Part shown: positions 1 to 10,243 of the stretch, piece after piece
Layout: each line of letters starts with the position of its first letter
Numbering within the stretch: the first letter of the stretch is position 1
Assembly (NCBI GenBank): GCA_964558645.1
Contig: CAZLEV010000013.1
Span: forward strand, 32,001 to 96,000
DNA length: 64,000 nucleotides
Direction: 5' to 3'
Origin: an uncultured archaeon
GTDB taxonomy: Archaea; Asgardarchaeota; Thorarchaeia; Thorarchaeales; Thorarchaeaceae
Notes under the pieces: model-generated
What the model was told of the DNA's origin: nothing
Database searches by the model: none
Seen by the model: the letters and a program-made list of their open reading frames with translations, nothing else
Program-made: the position numbers and the translations under genes

Positions 1-1545
1 TTCAAGTACCTGAAGGGGATGCAATACAATCCCGGTCGCATATTCCAGCATCTTTACCAGAGTATTGGATGGGAATGTGGCAAAGTGGCATAGAATCAAT
101 GAATCGTAGAATGCCCGAACATCCTGTATTCGTGCCGACAGCACACCTCTCCCCGAGTCACTCAAGCGATTTGCAGCAACCACTTTCAGGTCGGGAAACT
201 CAACACCCATGTCCACAGCATAGGCGTCCGCCTCCGTATGACTTGCACCCCGAGATGCCACTGCGTAGACAACAGCCATCCCTGCAAAAGCACGAGGATC
301 ATGATTCGGAACCTCCAGCCCTTTGACATGAAGAACCTCGCTCTCGCGGCCATATTTCGCTCCTAGTGCTTGTGATCCATCTGCAAGCTCTGAACCCAAT
401 CCCGTTCGATATGCAATGGCCCTTATGGCCTCCCGTATCTTGTCAAAGTTGCCCCACTCCAGGTCATGGTCGATGATACCTCGTTCAGATAGATGGGTGG
501 CGAAAGCGATTGTAGAACCAGTGCTTATCGTGTCCATTCCCAGCTGGTTACAGAGGTGATTGAGAAGAGATATCTCACGGATATCGGAAAGTAGAAGATT
601 CGGTCCAAATGCTGCAATGGTCTGAAACTCTGGCGCGGCATACTCCTCTCCTCCACTTGTAACTGAGACCCGTTTCCCACACCCGATAGGACAGGAGTGG
701 CATGCAGTACTTCCTGTAACGAATGATCCGAGAGAAGTGGCATTCAGATTTGACACATCGAACTCGGGTAACTGAAAGTACCTGACCGGCATATCATTAT
801 GCAACATAGCACGATCCACATACATCGGGGTGCCCTCGTTGCTCAATATCTTGTTCTCTGCTCGTAGGCGCTTGGACTCGGTCTTGACGAGCTTCAGGAA
901 GGCCTCCGGATTGTGAAGGTCGATGGTCTTGTTGCCCCTTACCACAATCGCCTTCAGTCTCTTGTGACCCATCGTGGCGCCAAGTCCACATCTGGCCGCG
1001 ACTCTCTCTCTATGCACGATGCTTGAAAAACGAACGAGGTTCTCCCCTGCAGGTCCTATGCACGCAATCTCACAATGGCCGAGCTGCTTCTTCAATTCTG
1101 TTTGGGCCTCTCCCGTCCTCATGCCCCAGACATCACTTCCTGAGATAACCTCGGCATGTCCATCAGAAATCGTTAGAATACAGGGAGAGTCGGAGCGGCC
1201 GACAATAACGATTCCATCAAAGCCTGCAGACTTGATCTCTGCCCCGAAGTGGCCCCCAATATTGGACTCTCCCCAGAACCCGGTAAGAGGCGACCTCCCG
1301 CAGAAGACACCTCTTCCGCTGCACGGTGCTAAGGTGTTGGTCAATGGCCCTGTCATGAAGACCAGCGGATTAGTGGAGGCGAAAGGATTGGCTTCGAAGT
1401 CGACCATTTCATAGAGGATTCTTGATGCGTAGCCGCTCCCGCCAATGAAATCGCTGATCCAAGGCTGTTTAAGAGGAACACTTCTGACTGTGTCGTTTGT
1501 CAGATTGACATGGAGTATGCCTCCTGCATAGCCAGACAGTGTCAA
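1..1545 (-). CDS. Aldehyde:ferredoxin oxidoreductase (tungsten AOR family); 3' end runs off the window
   Basis: Not in the ORF track because it has no stop in the window. Manual translation from TTG 1545 gives MTLSGYAGGILHVNLT...FIGGSG...NPLVFMTGPLT...RSPLTGFWGESNIGGHFGAEIKSAGFDG...ACHSCPIGCGK, typical AOR motifs. Confidence 0.92.
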   Translation of the reverse strand, partial: MTLSGYAGGILHVNLTNDTVRSVPLKQPWISDFIGGSGYASRILYEMVDFEANPFASTNPLVFMTGPLTNTLAPCSGRGVFCGRSPLTGFWGESNIGGHFGAEIKSAGFDGIVIVGRSDSPCILTISDGHAEVISGSDVWGMRTGEAQTELKKQLGHCEIACIGPAGENLVRFSSIVHRERVAARCGLGATMGHKRLKAIVVRGNKTIDLHNPEAFLKLVKTESKRLRAENKILSNEGTPMYVDRAMLHNDMPVRYFQLPEFDVSNLNATSLGSFVTGSTACHSCPIGCGKRVSVTSGGEEYAAPEFQTIAAFGPNLLLSDIREISLLNHLCNQLGMDTISTGSTIAFATHLSERGIIDHDLEWGNFDKIREAIRAIAYRTGLGSELADGSQALGAKYGRESEVLHVKGLEVPNHDPRAFAGMAVVYAVASRGASHTEADAYAVDMGVEFPDLKVVAANRLSDSGRGVLSARIQDVRAFYDSLILCHFATFPSNTLVKMLEYATGIVLHPLQVLE

Positions 1546-2060
1546 GTAACATTCAACTCCTATGGAATCTGTGCATGCCTCACTCTTATGAACGATAGCA
1601 ATTGTGAGCATGAAGGGGTGCCCGCTAACAAGTGGAATTAGGACTTCCACGATACATGTCAGATACGGAAAGCAACCTCGGTAAAGAGGAGGAAGTGGGT
1701 TTGTGGTCAGAATGAAGAACATCCTACACAGCATAGTCTGTTAGTTTCTTCATTGCTGTGGATTCCAATGTGATTATCTGACACTTCGGACTGCTCCTTG
1801 ACAGACTCGTACCACTACCGGACCAAGGCCCAGATTAATACTATTAGCAGCTTTCGAGGAGCGACTTCTGGACGAGGACCATCGTATTGGTCTTCTATCG
1901 TGCGCATCAATCCAATCTGAGAGGGGTGAAACACTGGAGAAGAACAAATTCGAAGTCGCATCGCTCCAACCTCAGGACTGACGCATAACTAAGGTGCCAT
2001 TGGAGTGAGTGTCTTCTCTGTGATACTTCACCGACGGCGGATGGTTGTACGACTTGAGGC

Positions 2061-3389
2061 TTATTCCACGTCTGCAACATGGACGCTACATGAAACACAG
2101 GGATCATAAGCACGGACAACAGTTTCCAGCTTTGAGCCTATGATCTCAGTGTCCTTAACCCCCTGTTCCGCCAGAGCTTCAGCAAGACGTCGAAGGTCAG
2201 CCTCAAGCATCGGTAAGAACATCGCTGTGGGAGTCACAATGTCTGCCGAGGTGACCCTGCCTGCCTTGTTAATCCTTATAGTGTAAGCTAGCAGGCCACG
2301 TGGTGCCTCTGAAAGCGATACACCAGTACCGGCTTTCTCAATCTTGGGCTTAATTCGCCGTTCGTAAGGCTTCAATTCACCTGCCAACTCCCGAGACATC
2401 CGCTCGGCCCGATCCACATAATAGATCAGCTCTACAGCCTGAGCAAAGTTGTTCGACATTGGGTTGCCGGGGTCAAGATGTGCTGAATACATCTCGGCAA
2501 GCTCCTTTGCTCTGCCATCCAGCCCGTTTCCGAACAGCGTGAATCTTGATAGAGCTGAAGTCATGAACGGCTCACAGTTGTAGTGACTGTGTTTTGCAAA
2601 AGAGTGTGGTACCACCGATTCGTTGATTCTCATCTTGTATGCTTCTGCTCGGAAGGCATTACCATCAGTACTCTGCACAGTGTCGCCGAGCATCGAATAA
2701 GTCCCATCATAAGGTTTCAGAGCCAGGTGCATCCGCTCTGCATCTACCTCGGGCCAGTTCCTGTAGCTCACCAGATTCTCCAGCGCCTCTTCAGCATCAT
2801 TTCGAAGATTCCTGAGCCGTTGGGCAATCTTCTCCAGCTGATTCTTCGTTGGCAGTCGCCCGAATCCTCCTATGAGAACATTCTCTTGGTGAATATAGCG
2901 AGAACCCAGGACCGTCTGAATATCGGCACCTATATCCTTCAGTGCAATGCCAGCCCTTAGGATGTCAGGGTGTTCTTCTCCGAGAGTGAAGGCGTCATGG
3001 TAGCCAAGAAAATCGGGCAGCGCAAGTAGGAACAGATGAAGCGCGTGACTCTCGATATAGTCCCCAATATAGAGAATCTCACGAAGGCGCTTTGTCTGTC
3101 CAGTGGGGTTGAGCCCAATTGCATTCTCCGCGGCTTGTACGCCAGTAATCTTGTGTGCTGCTGCGCAGAAGGAACATACACGGGGATATACGGCAACTGC
3201 CTCATCAATCGGCTTGCCAATAGTTATTGACTCGAAGAAGCGTGGACCTTCGAATACGTTGAACTGGACGACATCTACTTCCTTACCGGTATAGGACACC
3301 TCGATTCCGGCCTTTCCCTCTATTCTTGCAATGTGGTCAATGGATACTGGGTGCTTTACCGACCTCTTCTTGCCCTTAGTCTTGGCCAT
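2061..3389 (-). CDS. hydA: Group 3b [NiFe] hydrogenase (sulfhydrogenase) large/alpha subunit
   Basis: ARIEGK, L1 motif PRVCSFCAAAH, EAPRG, L2 motif DPCVSCSVH with a short C-terminal extension. Confidence 0.93.
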   Translation of the reverse strand: MAKTKGKKRSVKHPVSIDHIARIEGKAGIEVSYTGKEVDVVQFNVFEGPRFFESITIGKPIDEAVAVYPRVCSFCAAAHKITGVQAAENAIGLNPTGQTKRLREILYIGDYIESHALHLFLLALPDFLGYHDAFTLGEEHPDILRAGIALKDIGADIQTVLGSRYIHQENVLIGGFGRLPTKNQLEKIAQRLRNLRNDAEEALENLVSYRNWPEVDAERMHLALKPYDGTYSMLGDTVQSTDGNAFRAEAYKMRINESVVPHSFAKHSHYNCEPFMTSALSRFTLFGNGLDGRAKELAEMYSAHLDPGNPMSNNFAQAVELIYYVDRAERMSRELAGELKPYERRIKPKIEKAGTGVSLSEAPRGLLAYTIRINKAGRVTSADIVTPTAMFLPMLEADLRRLAEALAEQGVKDTEIIGSKLETVVRAYDPCVSCSVHVADVE

Positions 3390-4204
3390 TACTTCGTCCC
3401 TCCAAAAATCTTCTCGAGCATCGGTTCCAGATTTCCATCATGCGCTCCGAATATCTTCATTCGATTACGTATGTACTCTTCATCAAACCCCTTCTTCTTG
3501 AACAGCTTTGCAAGAGAGTCGAACCAAGCAGTTTCATGTGGGACTGGGCCTCTGCATCCTATGCAAGGCACATTATGGCTTAAGCATCGTGCCTTACACC
3601 CCGCTGTGGTCACGGGACCAAGACAAGGTTCTCCCTTTTCAATAAGAATACAGGAGTTTCCTGCCAGCCTGCACTCAGCACATACCGGATAGTCCTTGGG
3701 TTCTGGAAAAGTACCAAAAAGGAAGGCCGAAATGAAGTATAGCAGTTCGTCCTCCTCAGGAGGGCAGCCGGGGAGGAAGTAGTCCACCTTGACGTGGCTA
3801 GAGACAGGAGTGGCCTGGAGTCCCTGCATGTCTATTCTGTTCTCACCATACACTTCTGCGTAGAGTTCGTTGTAGTCTCTGTCACCCTCAGCCCAGCTCT
3901 GGACACCTCCATTGACAGCACAGGCGCCAAGAGCTACGAGAATCCGCGAGTGCTTCCGAATCTTCTTGAGTTCTTCAAGGTCTTTCTCAGTGGAAACAGA
4001 ACCCTCGACAAAGGCCACATCAACATCAGAGCCCATCTGGCTGGCGCTTGATATCATGTAGAAGCTCTTAATCTCCACTGCCTGTACTATCTCTACTATC
4101 TTCTGAACCGTAGCAAGCTTGAGCTGGCAACCATAACAGGAAGTCAGAGCATAGACAGCCATTTTTGGCCTGCATATATCCCCACATTCTTCGATAATAG
4201 CCAT
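3389..4204 (-). CDS. hydD: Sulfhydrogenase small/delta subunit
   Basis: LTSCYGCQ, EGSVST, GACAVNGG, PGCPP, CIGCRGP motifs; operon position. Confidence 0.92.
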   Translation of the reverse strand: MAIIEECGDICRPKMAVYALTSCYGCQLKLATVQKIVEIVQAVEIKSFYMISSASQMGSDVDVAFVEGSVSTEKDLEELKKIRKHSRILVALGACAVNGGVQSWAEGDRDYNELYAEVYGENRIDMQGLQATPVSSHVKVDYFLPGCPPEEDELLYFISAFLFGTFPEPKDYPVCAECRLAGNSCILIEKGEPCLGPVTTAGCKARCLSHNVPCIGCRGPVPHETAWFDSLAKLFKKKGFDEEYIRNRMKIFGAHDGNLEPMLEKIFGGTK

Positions 4205-5062
4205 CTAGATCAGCCCCGGAATGGAAGTGATAGCGTAATAGTCGAAGACTGGCCCGTCCTTACAGGCATATTTCCACGACGTTGCGGTTCCTATGTTGCA
4301 GTGACCGCATTTTCCCACCCCACACTTCATCCGTCTTTCGAGGGTAACGAAGATGTAGCGCGGGTCGTATCCCTTCTCAACAAGATAATCAAACATGCCA
4401 CGATACATTGCAGGAGGACCACACATCGCAACAGCGCAGTTCTCTGGGTCAACATTTGCCTTATCCATGTGTTCGGTTGCACGCCCGTGAAGACCGGGAT
4501 AGTCTGGATCACGAGTGACACTCTGAACTATAGCGATGTTCTCAGCAGTGGCAATATCCTTCATCGCCTCGAGTTCCTTCTCAAAGAGAAGCTCCTTGGC
4601 ATACTTCGCGGTATTGATGATGGTGATGTTTCCGAACTGCCATCTGTTGTCGATGGCATACAAAAAGACAGATCGTAGTGGAGCCATACCGAGCCCAGCT
4701 GCAACACAGAGCAAATCTCGACCGTGAAATTGTTCCATGGGAAAACCGTTTCCGTAAGGCCCTCTGATTCCTACAAGGGTACCAGGTGCTAGCTTGTGGA
4801 TTGCAGAGGTGACACGTCCTGCATTTCTGATACATAGTTCGAAGAAGCCCATCCGCCGTGCGGACGAACAGATCGATATCGGAACCTCGCCAAGACCTAG
4901 AAGAGAAACCTCCACAAACTGGCCAGGCTTGAAACGCCAGTCCTGTGCAACGTCCGAGTCCTCAAAACGAAAGAGAAAGAGAGTTTCCAGATCGGTGAGA
5001 CTGTACTTCCTCAGTAGTCTGCATTTGTGAGTGTCATACACAGACTTCTCAGTTGTTCCCAT
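4205..5062 (-). CDS. hydG: Sulfhydrogenase gamma subunit (FAD/NAD(P)-binding, 2Fe-2S)
   Basis: PGQF, GEVPISI, RGPYGNGF, AGLGMAPLR, ERRMKCGVGKCGHC...CKDGPVF. Confidence 0.92.
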   Translation of the reverse strand: MGTTEKSVYDTHKCRLLRKYSLTDLETLFLFRFEDSDVAQDWRFKPGQFVEVSLLGLGEVPISICSSARRMGFFELCIRNAGRVTSAIHKLAPGTLVGIRGPYGNGFPMEQFHGRDLLCVAAGLGMAPLRSVFLYAIDNRWQFGNITIINTAKYAKELLFEKELEAMKDIATAENIAIVQSVTRDPDYPGLHGRATEHMDKANVDPENCAVAMCGPPAMYRGMFDYLVEKGYDPRYIFVTLERRMKCGVGKCGHCNIGTATSWKYACKDGPVFDYYAITSIPGLI

Positions 5063-5063
5063 C

Positions 5064-6092
5064 TTAGATCGCCTCCTTATAGCCGCCTATCTCCATCAGG
5101 TTTCTTCTGAAATTGATGTCTGCAGGACAGAAATAGGTACAACGCCCACATCCCACGCAATAGGCCGTGGTCGTATCTTTGTTGTAAGCATTCTTGCACA
5201 TATACCGGTTCTCAAAGCGCGATTTCTTGGTGGGTCTGAAATTATGCGGGCCGGCTACGAGGCCATGGGATCGAAACTGACAAGAATCCCATATTCGCAC
5301 CCGTTCCCCAGTCATTCCATCAATGCTAGGTACATCCTTCACATCGTAGCACCGACAAGTGGGGCAGGTGAGGGTACAATTTCCGCAACCGAGACACTCC
5401 TCGCTCTCGCGATCATACATTGGATGATCATGACGAAGCTCAAGGAAGTACCTGAGGTCGTCCCAGTTCCCCTGGGTAGGAAACATTGCACTCCTCTTCT
5501 CACTGAATGCGCTTAGGTAGTCAACGTCATCTTGTGTCACCTCATCAAACATCTCCATGTTGGGATCAATGAGTTTGTGTCCCGTTACAGTTCCAACTCG
5601 TACCAGAAAACCATCAGGTAGTTCATGGAAGAACAGGTCGAAGCCTGCATCGACAAGGTCGGCACGTCGAACATTACAGAAACAGTACTCATCCGGCAGA
5701 CATGAAAGACCAATTATGATACCGTTCTCGCGCCGCTTCTTGTAGTACGGATCGGGATTCTCGTCTATGAACTCAGAGTCCACAATGCGGAGCCCTACGA
5801 TATCACATGAGTGTACGCCAAAGAGAATTGTCTTCGTGTCTTCGGGAATATTCTCATAGAGTTCTACCTTTGTGGTGTCAAAGGTGAACATCGTTTCCTC
5901 GACAGGGTAGAAGAAGCGACGAGGAGGTCGTATCGTTCGGTTGTAGTGGAACTCAACATTCTTGACGTCATTAACCTCACAGAAGTCATAGAACCTCTCC
6001 GAGATCTTCATCGGAGCGTGGAGAGTTCCTTTTGATTTCAGACGCTCAAGGAACCTGTATGTGTTTGCCTTGGATATCTTGACATATCTCAA
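5064..6092 (-). CDS. hydB: Sulfhydrogenase beta subunit (AsrA-like 4Fe-4S)
   Basis: [16 protein letters not shown] and [12 protein letters not shown]. Start placed at TTG 6092 (MRYVKI, after GAGGTG); the ORF track extends to 6119. Confidence 0.9.
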   Translation of the reverse strand: MRYVKISKANTYRFLERLKSKGTLHAPMKISERFYDFCEVNDVKNVEFHYNRTIRPPRRFFYPVEETMFTFDTTKVELYENIPEDTKTILFGVHSCDIVGLRIVDSEFIDENPDPYYKKRRENGIIIGLSCLPDEYCFCNVRRADLVDAGFDLFFHELPDGFLVRVGTVTGHKLIDPNMEMFDEVTQDDVDYLSAFSEKRSAMFPTQGNWDDLRYFLELRHDHPMYDRESEECLGCGNCTLTCPTCRCYDVKDVPSIDGMTGERVRIWDSCQFRSHGLVAGPHNFRPTKKSRFENRYMCKNAYNKDTTTAYCVGCGRCTYFCPADINFRRNLMEIGGYKEAI

Positions 6093-6158
6093 ATGTCCCA
6101 ACACCTCGTCAAGTATCAATGGACAACTGAGGGGACGTAGATTTGGTAATAAAGTCGA

Positions 6159-6364
6159 GGGTAGGCCAACGTCTACATGAAACTTGAGCAGAGGTGGACA
6201 TGTACTAGACTATAGCCTGATCAAGGAGGGGCCTCAGGGAGGCGTCTAGGTGCTCTGTCCCAGAACTCGCATCCGAGCGCATCACAAGATCTCATGAAGC
6301 TCAACCCAGCCAGGCCCTTGAGAGGACGACACTCTTGTGTCAAGTCTGCTCAACTAGGACTGAA
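6159..6364 (-). repeat. Diverged copy of the ~190-210 bp structured dispersed repeat family
   Basis: First 42 nt align ungapped at 28/42 to the 38217 copy. Right part gacactcttgtgtcaagtctgctcaa matches caactctctggtgtccaagtctgccca. Internal inverted repeat TTGAGCAGA/TCTGCTCAA. Confidence 0.65.
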
Positions 6365-6510
6365 TGGAGAATCTATCGTCAATCTATGGCCTCCAGACGA
6401 GCAGCGAGAGCACTTCGTAATCGCTTTCTAATCCATGACCATGACACAAGTATTATATCGCTCGCTAGGCTCTCCCCCTCGACATAGCACCAAGTTGGAG
6501 ATTAGGCCCC

Positions 6511-9500
6511 ATGGTCAGTAAACCGGCAAAGAAGTCAAATTCGGAGAGTAGACCAACAGACGTGCTCATCATAGGTGCAGGTATGGGGGGCATCAGTGCG
6601 GCTCTCGACTTGGCAGCCGGAGGCCACCATGCCCATTTGATTGAGAGAACTGTCAACATAGGCGGAAACTACGTTGCGATTTACAAGATCTTTCCTGCAC
6701 TTGAATGCTCAGCCTGTGTTATGACGCCGTTAACCTCATTCGTGGGGCGGCACCCCAATATCACAATCCATGCGCTTTCCGAGATTGAAGATGTCAGGGG
6801 TGACGCAGGCAACTTCACAGTCACAATCAGGAAGAAAGCACGATATGTGAACGAAGACACGTGCACAGGTTGTCAGACCTGTATTCAGGCCTGTCCTGTT
6901 GAAGTGCCAAATGAGTATGACTTCGGGCAATCTCTGAGAAAAGCCATCTACATGAATTTCCCTCAACAGATTCCCCTAGTGGCAACAATTGACAGAGAAG
7001 CCTGTATCGGGTGTGGAACCTGCGCGGGTGTATGTCCTCAGGACTGTATCAATTATGATGATGAGGACCAGCTGTATGAACTCAATGTGGGATCCATTAT
7101 AGTCGCAACTGGATTCCAAGAGTACAAACCCCACGACTATAGTGAATATGGCTATGGTGTCTTCCCAAATGTGGTGACGTCCCTGGAGTACGACAGGCAG
7201 ACCCATCCAACTGGACCCACCGATGCCCATATGGTAAGACCCTCCGATGGACGAGAACCTGAGAGGATACTCTTTGTCAACTGTGTAGGAAGCCGCGATG
7301 TACGGGAGAACATAGAGGGATACAGTGATCACTGTAACAAAGTCTGCTGTTCATTTGGCCTCAAGCTTGCCCAGGTCACAAGGATGCACTACCCTGAGGA
7401 TCACTGCGAGATAATCTATACCTACATGGACCTTCGTACGGCAGGGAAGGCACTTGAAGAGTTCCTCTGGGACTCGCAACACAATCAGGGGATAGATTTC
7501 ATCCGGGGAAGAGTGGCCGAGATATCAGAAGACCCAGACACAAACGATCTCTTCGTCAAGATTGAAGATACCGATACAGGCGAGATTCAGGAACTGGAAG
7601 GAATCTCGATGGTGGTTCTCAACGGTAGTTTCAGACCTAATGATGGCCATGAGGAGTTAATGAAGAAGCTTGACATTGAGTTAGATGAAACCACTGGTTG
7701 GGTGAAGGAGAAACAGGCAAACTCTGCAGCACTAGAAACGAGCCGGCCGGGCATATTCATGGCTGGATGTATCCATGGACCCAAGGATGGCACAGATACG
7801 GTTAATGAAGGAAAAGGTGCTGCAATGGCGGCGCATTCTATTCTGCCCTTGCCTGAGCCAAAGCAGAAGGAAGAGATCGCCCCGATTGAAGTGGGCGACG
7901 AACCGCGTGTTGGGGTATTCATCTGTCACTGTGGTGGTATCATTGGGGACGTCATTGATTCTCCAGCTCTGGCGGAATGGGCGAAAGACCTTCCGAATGT
8001 TGCATACAGCACTGACTACATCTTCATGTGTAGCGACCCAGGGCAGGAACTTATCACCGAGGCCATCAAAGAACATAACTTGAACCGTGTAGTAGTTGGT
8101 TCCTGTTCACCCCTCCAACATGAGGGTACCTTTAGAGGGGCACTTGAGAGGGCAGGTCTGTCAGGTTATTACTTGGTTGGTCCTGTCGGGCTCCGCGAGC
8201 AACTCACACTGGTCAACAAGAATGCACCACCTGATGAGCGACAAGAAAAGGCTCAGGATATGATTCGAAGTGGTGTTGCCAAGGCGATAAACAATGAAGA
8301 GGTACCCCTGAAGTCAGTAGAAGTTGTAAGAACCGTCATGGTCGTCGGGGGAGGAGTCTCGGGGATGACTGCATCTCTGGATATAGCCAGAAAGGGTTTC
8401 AACGTGATACTTGTAGAGAAGACAGACCGATTAGGCGGACGACTGAACGAGCTTTACAGGATATTTCCAAACATGCAGTCCGCTCAGGAGATAGTGGACG
8501 ACCTTATCGAGAGGGTAGAGGAGGAAGATCTGATCACCGTGCTTCTCAACTCCAAAGTAGTAGATCGTGATGGGGCGTATGGAAGCTACGAGATCATGAT
8601 TGAGAATGTGGAAACTGGAGAGCGACACCCATACAACATAGGCACAATGGTGATTACGGTCGGAACGGATACATATGAACCCGAAGAGGGAGAGTATGGA
8701 TGGAGCAAGCTTGACAATGTCATAACCACGCTTGACCTTGAAAAGATGATGAAGAATGGCGAGCTGAAGAAACCACCAAAGAACCCGGTCTTCATCCATT
8801 GTGTTGGTTCAAGACAAAGTCCTGGAGAGGGCAATCGGTACTGCTCCCGCGTCTGCTGCTCTGCTGTAATAGCGATGCAAAGCGAGCTTAGCGAGATGTT
8901 TCCAGACATCAAGATCTTCTCCGCATACAAAGAACACATCCGTCCCTTCGCTAATGGTATGGAAGAGATGTGGAGAGAGAATCGGCAGAAGGGGGTCACC
9001 TACCTGCGATGGGTCAGAGAGAAGCCTGTGACTGTGGAGAAAGCCGAAGATTCAGACGACGCAATAGTCACCGTGTATGATACCCTTTCCCAGGAGACCT
9101 TCGAGATAAGATCGGACATGGTCATTCTTGCTGTAGGACTTGAGGCGCCACACGATGTGAACGAGCTTGTGAAAGCACTTGGAATCAACAGGAGCCAAGA
9201 CGGCTTCCTGGCGGAGATGCACATGAAGTTCAGGCCTGTAGAGACTACGGTTCCAGGAGTGTTCCTCGGTGTAACCTACGCAAAGAATGTCACTGACTCC
9301 ATCAATCAAGCACGAGGAGCGGCCAGCGAAGCCACTGCACCCCTGAATATGGGCACCGTAGAGATCGAACTATTGGTTGCAGAAGTGGACCAAGACCTCT
9401 GTGTCGGCTGTGACCTCTGCCATTATTCTGAGATTTGCCCATACGATGCTGTATCAATGGTTGAGGTGTCCCCGGGAGTGAAGAAGAGCGTCACCGATGA

Positions 9501-9618
9501 GATGCGATGCGAGGGGTGTGGTGCATGCTGTGCGATATGTCCAACTGGTGCAAGGGATCTGCGATGGTGGCGGGAGAACAGCTTCTTGGATCAGATAGAA
9601 GAAATGCTCCGGGAGTAG
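6511..9618 (+). CDS. hdrA: Heterodisulfide reductase subunit A-like flavoprotein, internally duplicated (two FAD modules)
   Basis: Two Rossmann motifs (IIGAGMGG; VVGGGVSG), FPALECSAC, ferredoxin insert, two CVGSR...CxxVCC motifs, central CHCG/CS/SCS domain, C-terminal 2x[4Fe-4S]. Confidence 0.9.
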   Translation: MVSKPAKKSNSESRPTDVLIIGAGMGGISAALDLAAGGHHAHLIERTVNIGGNYVAIYKIFPALECSACVMTPLTSFVGRHPNITIHALSEIEDVRGDAGNFTVTIRKKARYVNEDTCTGCQTCIQACPVEVPNEYDFGQSLRKAIYMNFPQQIPLVATIDREACIGCGTCAGVCPQDCINYDDEDQLYELNVGSIIVATGFQEYKPHDYSEYGYGVFPNVVTSLEYDRQTHPTGPTDAHMVRPSDGREPERILFVNCVGSRDVRENIEGYSDHCNKVCCSFGLKLAQVTRMHYPEDHCEIIYTYMDLRTAGKALEEFLWDSQHNQGIDFIRGRVAEISEDPDTNDLFVKIEDTDTGEIQELEGISMVVLNGSFRPNDGHEELMKKLDIELDETTGWVKEKQANSAALETSRPGIFMAGCIHGPKDGTDTVNEGKGAAMAAHSILPLPEPKQKEEIAPIEVGDEPRVGVFICHCGGIIGDVIDSPALAEWAKDLPNVAYSTDYIFMCSDPGQELITEAIKEHNLNRVVVGSCSPLQHEGTFRGALERAGLSGYYLVGPVGLREQLTLVNKNAPPDERQEKAQDMIRSGVAKAINNEEVPLKSVEVVRTVMVVGGGVSGMTASLDIARKGFNVILVEKTDRLGGRLNELYRIFPNMQSAQEIVDDLIERVEEEDLITVLLNSKVVDRDGAYGSYEIMIENVETGERHPYNIGTMVITVGTDTYEPEEGEYGWSKLDNVITTLDLEKMMKNGELKKPPKNPVFIHCVGSRQSPGEGNRYCSRVCCSAVIAMQSELSEMFPDIKIFSAYKEHIRPFANGMEEMWRENRQKGVTYLRWVREKPVTVEKAEDSDDAIVTVYDTLSQETFEIRSDMVILAVGLEAPHDVNELVKALGINRSQDGFLAEMHMKFRPVETTVPGVFLGVTYAKNVTDSINQARGAASEATAPLNMGTVEIELLVAEVDQDLCVGCDLCHYSEICPYDAVSMVEVSPGVKKSVTDEMRCEGCGACCAICPTGARDLRWWRENSFLDQIEEMLRE

Positions 9619-9625
9619 GATGTAG

Positions 9626-10195
9626 ATGGTTACACTCGACGGACTGTATTCAGCATGGATGGTCCTTAATGACTTGCTGGGCGACCTGCGAGAGAAAGGA
9701 GTTGCTATCCCCGATTTGACATATGCAGACTTCCGAAATAGCAAGATGCTCCTCGAGTACCTCCGATCGCTAGAAGAAGACCTTCGTGCCTCTGACAACG
9801 CGGATGAGAAGCTGAGAGTTGATATGGAGAGCAAAATACTCCGACTTCGTGAAATGCTGCTCTCTTGGGCCGAAGCCGAGATTGGCGTTGAGTATCGCAA
9901 GAAATGGGAAGAGGATATACGAAGGGGACTGAGAGAGGAAATTGATCTTCCGGAAACGGAAACTGCCGTGCCTATCAGCGATCTCCCCAGAGAGAAGGAA
10001 GTCAGTTTTTTCAGAATGAAGCTGCCAGAGGGGATTCCTGTTGAGGTAGTCTCCGAGATTGCTGAGCACTGCAACGTACTTATTTCTCTGGATGGTGAGC
10101 GCTACCTGCAAGTGAGCGGAAAGAAAGATTGTGTCAGGAGAGCAATGACACTACTTGGAGAAACGTTCTACGGGAAGAGCCAGATCAAGAACTAG
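9626..10195 (+). CDS. DUF2096-like protein
   Basis: N-terminal WMVLNDLLGDLREKGVAIP pattern resembles archaeal DUF2096; 7 nt downstream of hdrA. Confidence 0.7.
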   Translation: MVTLDGLYSAWMVLNDLLGDLREKGVAIPDLTYADFRNSKMLLEYLRSLEEDLRASDNADEKLRVDMESKILRLREMLLSWAEAEIGVEYRKKWEEDIRRGLREEIDLPETETAVPISDLPREKEVSFFRMKLPEGIPVEVVSEIAEHCNVLISLDGERYLQVSGKKDCVRRAMTLLGETFYGKSQIKN

Positions 10196-10243
10196 CGATC
10201 CGACTCGCATTGCTTAGATATCTCACTTCTCGCATAGTAGCCG

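Noticed and set aside
69-1414. Short ORF-track ORFs at the window start
   Set aside because: They are antisense or alternate-frame shadows of the AOR gene. The same applies to the many small ORFs overlapping the long genes throughout the window.
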